Part shown: piece after piece, positions 61,896-64,000 of the stretch
Layout of the letters: every line of letters begins with the position of its first letter
How positions within the stretch are numbered: the first letter of the stretch is position 1
Origin: a virus
Length of the DNA: 64,000 bases
Virus record (IMG/VR): IMGVR_UViG_3300032753_001573
Location: 32,001 to 96,000 of that record
Strand: one strand, 5' to 3'
The notes under the pieces: model-generated
The model's database searches: none
What the model saw: only the letters and a program-made list of their open reading frames with translations
What the model was told of the DNA's origin: nothing
Program-made: the position numbers and the translations under genes

Positions 61896-62702
61896 ATGCC
61901 GTTAAATCCCCCAGCCTATTTAGGTCAAGATGTTTGGTACAGTCCAAATGTTTATGCCAATATGTCTCCTGTTGCGTTGTGGAAGCCGCCACTTAATCAA
62001 AATAGTATTTTGTATAGGTTTACTTTGCCTGAACCAAGTGCAGCTCCTGCACCTGATCCAGGTTTTGCGTCGTCTTATAATGCTGCATTTTTACAACAAC
62101 ATCCTGATGCAGAAGACGGAGGTATACCTGCTTCCCCCGGTGCATCTTCTAACAATCCAAACGGTGTGGTCCCGCCAAACCCAACTAGTTTAAAGTTACC
62201 TCCTGGACAAACACCGTACGGGACATTAATAAGCAATTTGAACGGAACATATAATCAAAGAAATCTATGGGACGGCAGTGGTGGCGCTACACCTGAGATT
62301 ACTAAAGCATTCAGCGATATAGGATGTGGTGTATCACCGTTTGAATGGTGTGCTGCATATGTTGGATCAATGTTATATAGGTCCGGGATTGGAGGTTTGA
62401 AGAGTTCAAACGCATTCGATTGGGAGAAGTTTGGCAAACCGATACCAACACAAGATACAAAACAATGGAGAACAGGTGACATAGCTGTTTGGAGTTATGG
62501 TCACGTTAACTTCATACTTGCTCCTAGCAGCGGCGGCAGTGCGTTTTATCAAGGTGGTAATCAAAGGATTTATGGTTCAAATCGTCAAATTCTTAAAGAA
62601 CATCAACTTACGCGAGGCCATAATAGTGTTAACCAAATAATAGCTCTCCGCAGGGGTTGGGAAGTACCTGACAGCGTTACAGGACCGTTGATCACCGGTT
62701 AA
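61896..62702 (+). CDS. CHAP/NlpC-like peptidoglycan hydrolase (TIGR02594-like), probably baseplate-associated
   Basis: WCAAYV...GD..V...GHV.F...GGNQ; late promoter at 61860. Confidence 0.75.
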   Translation: MPLNPPAYLGQDVWYSPNVYANMSPVALWKPPLNQNSILYRFTLPEPSAAPAPDPGFASSYNAAFLQQHPDAEDGGIPASPGASSNNPNGVVPPNPTSLKLPPGQTPYGTLISNLNGTYNQRNLWDGSGGATPEITKAFSDIGCGVSPFEWCAAYVGSMLYRSGIGGLKSSNAFDWEKFGKPIPTQDTKQWRTGDIAVWSYGHVNFILAPSSGGSAFYQGGNQRIYGSNRQILKEHQLTRGHNSVNQIIALRRGWEVPDSVTGPLITG

Positions 62703-62768
62703 GTATCTTGCAATATATATCAATGGTGGTGCATAATATGTTATACAATATAAATTATTGGAGACAAC

Positions 62769-63104
62769 ATGTTGCTATCAAAGACCATAACACAAGGTGA
62801 CATCGCCAGCCTCAAGCTGATAACTGGTGAAGAGATAATTGCTAAAGTAACCGACATCAATGCAGAATCAATGACCATAACTAAACCCATGCAGATTAGT
62901 ATTGGAATGGATGAACGCACAAGACAAGTTGGTATTCAAATGGTTCCATATTTCCTATTATGTGCAGAATCAGATGCTAAACTAACTATTAAGAATTCTC
63001 ATATCATAACATCAACGCTAGCTAACGAGCAAGCTAAGTCTGGTTATATACATAATACAACAGGTTTAACGTTGGCATCTGGTAATGGTGGTTTGACATC
63101 ATGA
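62769..63104 (+). CDS. Sm-like fold hypothetical protein
   Basis: GDI.SLKL.TGEEIIAK...I.KP...TTG. Confidence 0.55.
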   Translation: MLLSKTITQGDIASLKLITGEEIIAKVTDINAESMTITKPMQISIGMDERTRQVGIQMVPYFLLCAESDAKLTIKNSHIITSTLANEQAKSGYIHNTTGLTLASGNGGLTS

Positions 63105-64000
63105 TAGAAAAACCATTTCAGGGTAAAAGGACGTTTTGTAAGATCAGCGATCAAAACTTTCCAAATCATACCCATGCTGTAATTGGTATAGGTGTAGATA
63201 GCGGAACTACTTTCCGTAGTGGATCGAGGATGGCACCAACGGCGATCAGGGAAGCTAGCATGATGCTTACTGATGGAGTCAATGATGCATTCCCTGTTGA
63301 TATCAAGAAACACTGTGTTGATCTTGGTGATCTAGCCGTAACTAACGGTAATACGTCTAAAATGCTTGAACAGGTAGAAAACAGCGTAAGAAATACTATA
63401 GCATGGAAAAAGCATCCTGTTATACTTGGTGGTGAGCATACCATAACGTTGGCTGCATTAAGAGCTATGAATTCTAGCCATGGTAAGTTGGCTGTAATTC
63501 ATTTTGATGCACATTGCGATACGTGGAGCACACATTTTGACGAACCCATCGGACATGGTACTTGGTTATATAATGCAATCACAGAGGAATTGGTAGATCC
63601 CGCCAAGGTTGTCAGCATAGGGATACGTAGTCCTGCTGACCATAAGTCTAGGATGTTCTTGCATGAAAATGGTGGCACTACATTTACAGCTAGATATGCT
63701 AACCAAAATATGGATGCAGTTGTCTCTAACATCAAGAAATTGGTAGATGAATCACCTTGCTATCTCACATTTGACATAGATTGTCTAGATCCGGCATATG
63801 CTCCTGGTACTGGAACTCCCGAAGTAGGAGGACTCTCTACCATGTGGGTTCTAGAATGTTTGGAAAAATTGTATGATATTGATTTTGTTGGCATGGATTG
63901 TGTAGAGGTAGCTCCCGCATACGATCATTCAGACATAACATCTCTAGCGGCAGCTACAATATGTTGGACCTATCTCAGTATGGTGATTCATAAGCAAAAT
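63101..64000 (+). CDS. speB: agmatinase/ureohydrolase (runs off the window end; absent from the ORF track)
   Basis: G.RMAP.AIR, GGEHT, FDAHCD, HGT, FDIDCLDPAYAPGTGTPEVGG, VEVAP.YD. Confidence 0.9.
   Translation, partial: MIEKPFQGKRTFCKISDQNFPNHTHAVIGIGVDSGTTFRSGSRMAPTAIREASMMLTDGVNDAFPVDIKKHCVDLGDLAVTNGNTSKMLEQVENSVRNTIAWKKHPVILGGEHTITLAALRAMNSSHGKLAVIHFDAHCDTWSTHFDEPIGHGTWLYNAITEELVDPAKVVSIGIRSPADHKSRMFLHENGGTTFTARYANQNMDAVVSNIKKLVDESPCYLTFDIDCLDPAYAPGTGTPEVGGLSTMWVLECLEKLYDIDFVGMDCVEVAPAYDHSDITSLAAATICWTYLSMVIHKQN

Overview
This 64 kb window reads as part of a large, AT-rich T4-related (Tevenvirinae-like) myophage genome in the standard genetic code. A proteobacterial host is inferred from the GroEL, Usg-like and class Ia NrdAB genes. 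Layout: (1) 1-11.3 kb is an enzyme island with a QueC-like PP-loop protein, an SDR, radical SAM enzymes, a sulfotransferase-like protein, about six 2OG-Fe(II)/AspH-like oxygenases, a GNAT-like protein and a fatty-acid desaturase. (2) 11.4-21.2 kb holds tail tube, head completion and terminase genes. (3) 21.3-39.4 kb holds replication and recombination genes (SSB, UvsX/Y/W, primase, helicase, a 212-aa mini-DnaE) plus GroES/GroEL. (4) 39.4-53.3 kb holds late head and tail genes. (5) 53.4-64 kb holds nrdA/nrdB, glutaredoxin, a CHAP-like hydrolase and agmatinase. Highlights: two genes fractured by split inteins around free-standing endonucleases (TerL with an atypical 29-aa N-intein; NrdA split at the catalytic Cys), and a contiguous LAGLIDADG intein in UvsW. 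Also notable are a GIY-YIG gene that interrupts a radical SAM gene and supplies a recoded replacement 5' end, a nearly identical structured leader RNA on two diverged paralogous virion genes, and a minimal DnaE palm. No tRNA, rRNA or CRISPR array was seen. All calls come from motif reading by eye; no searches were run.
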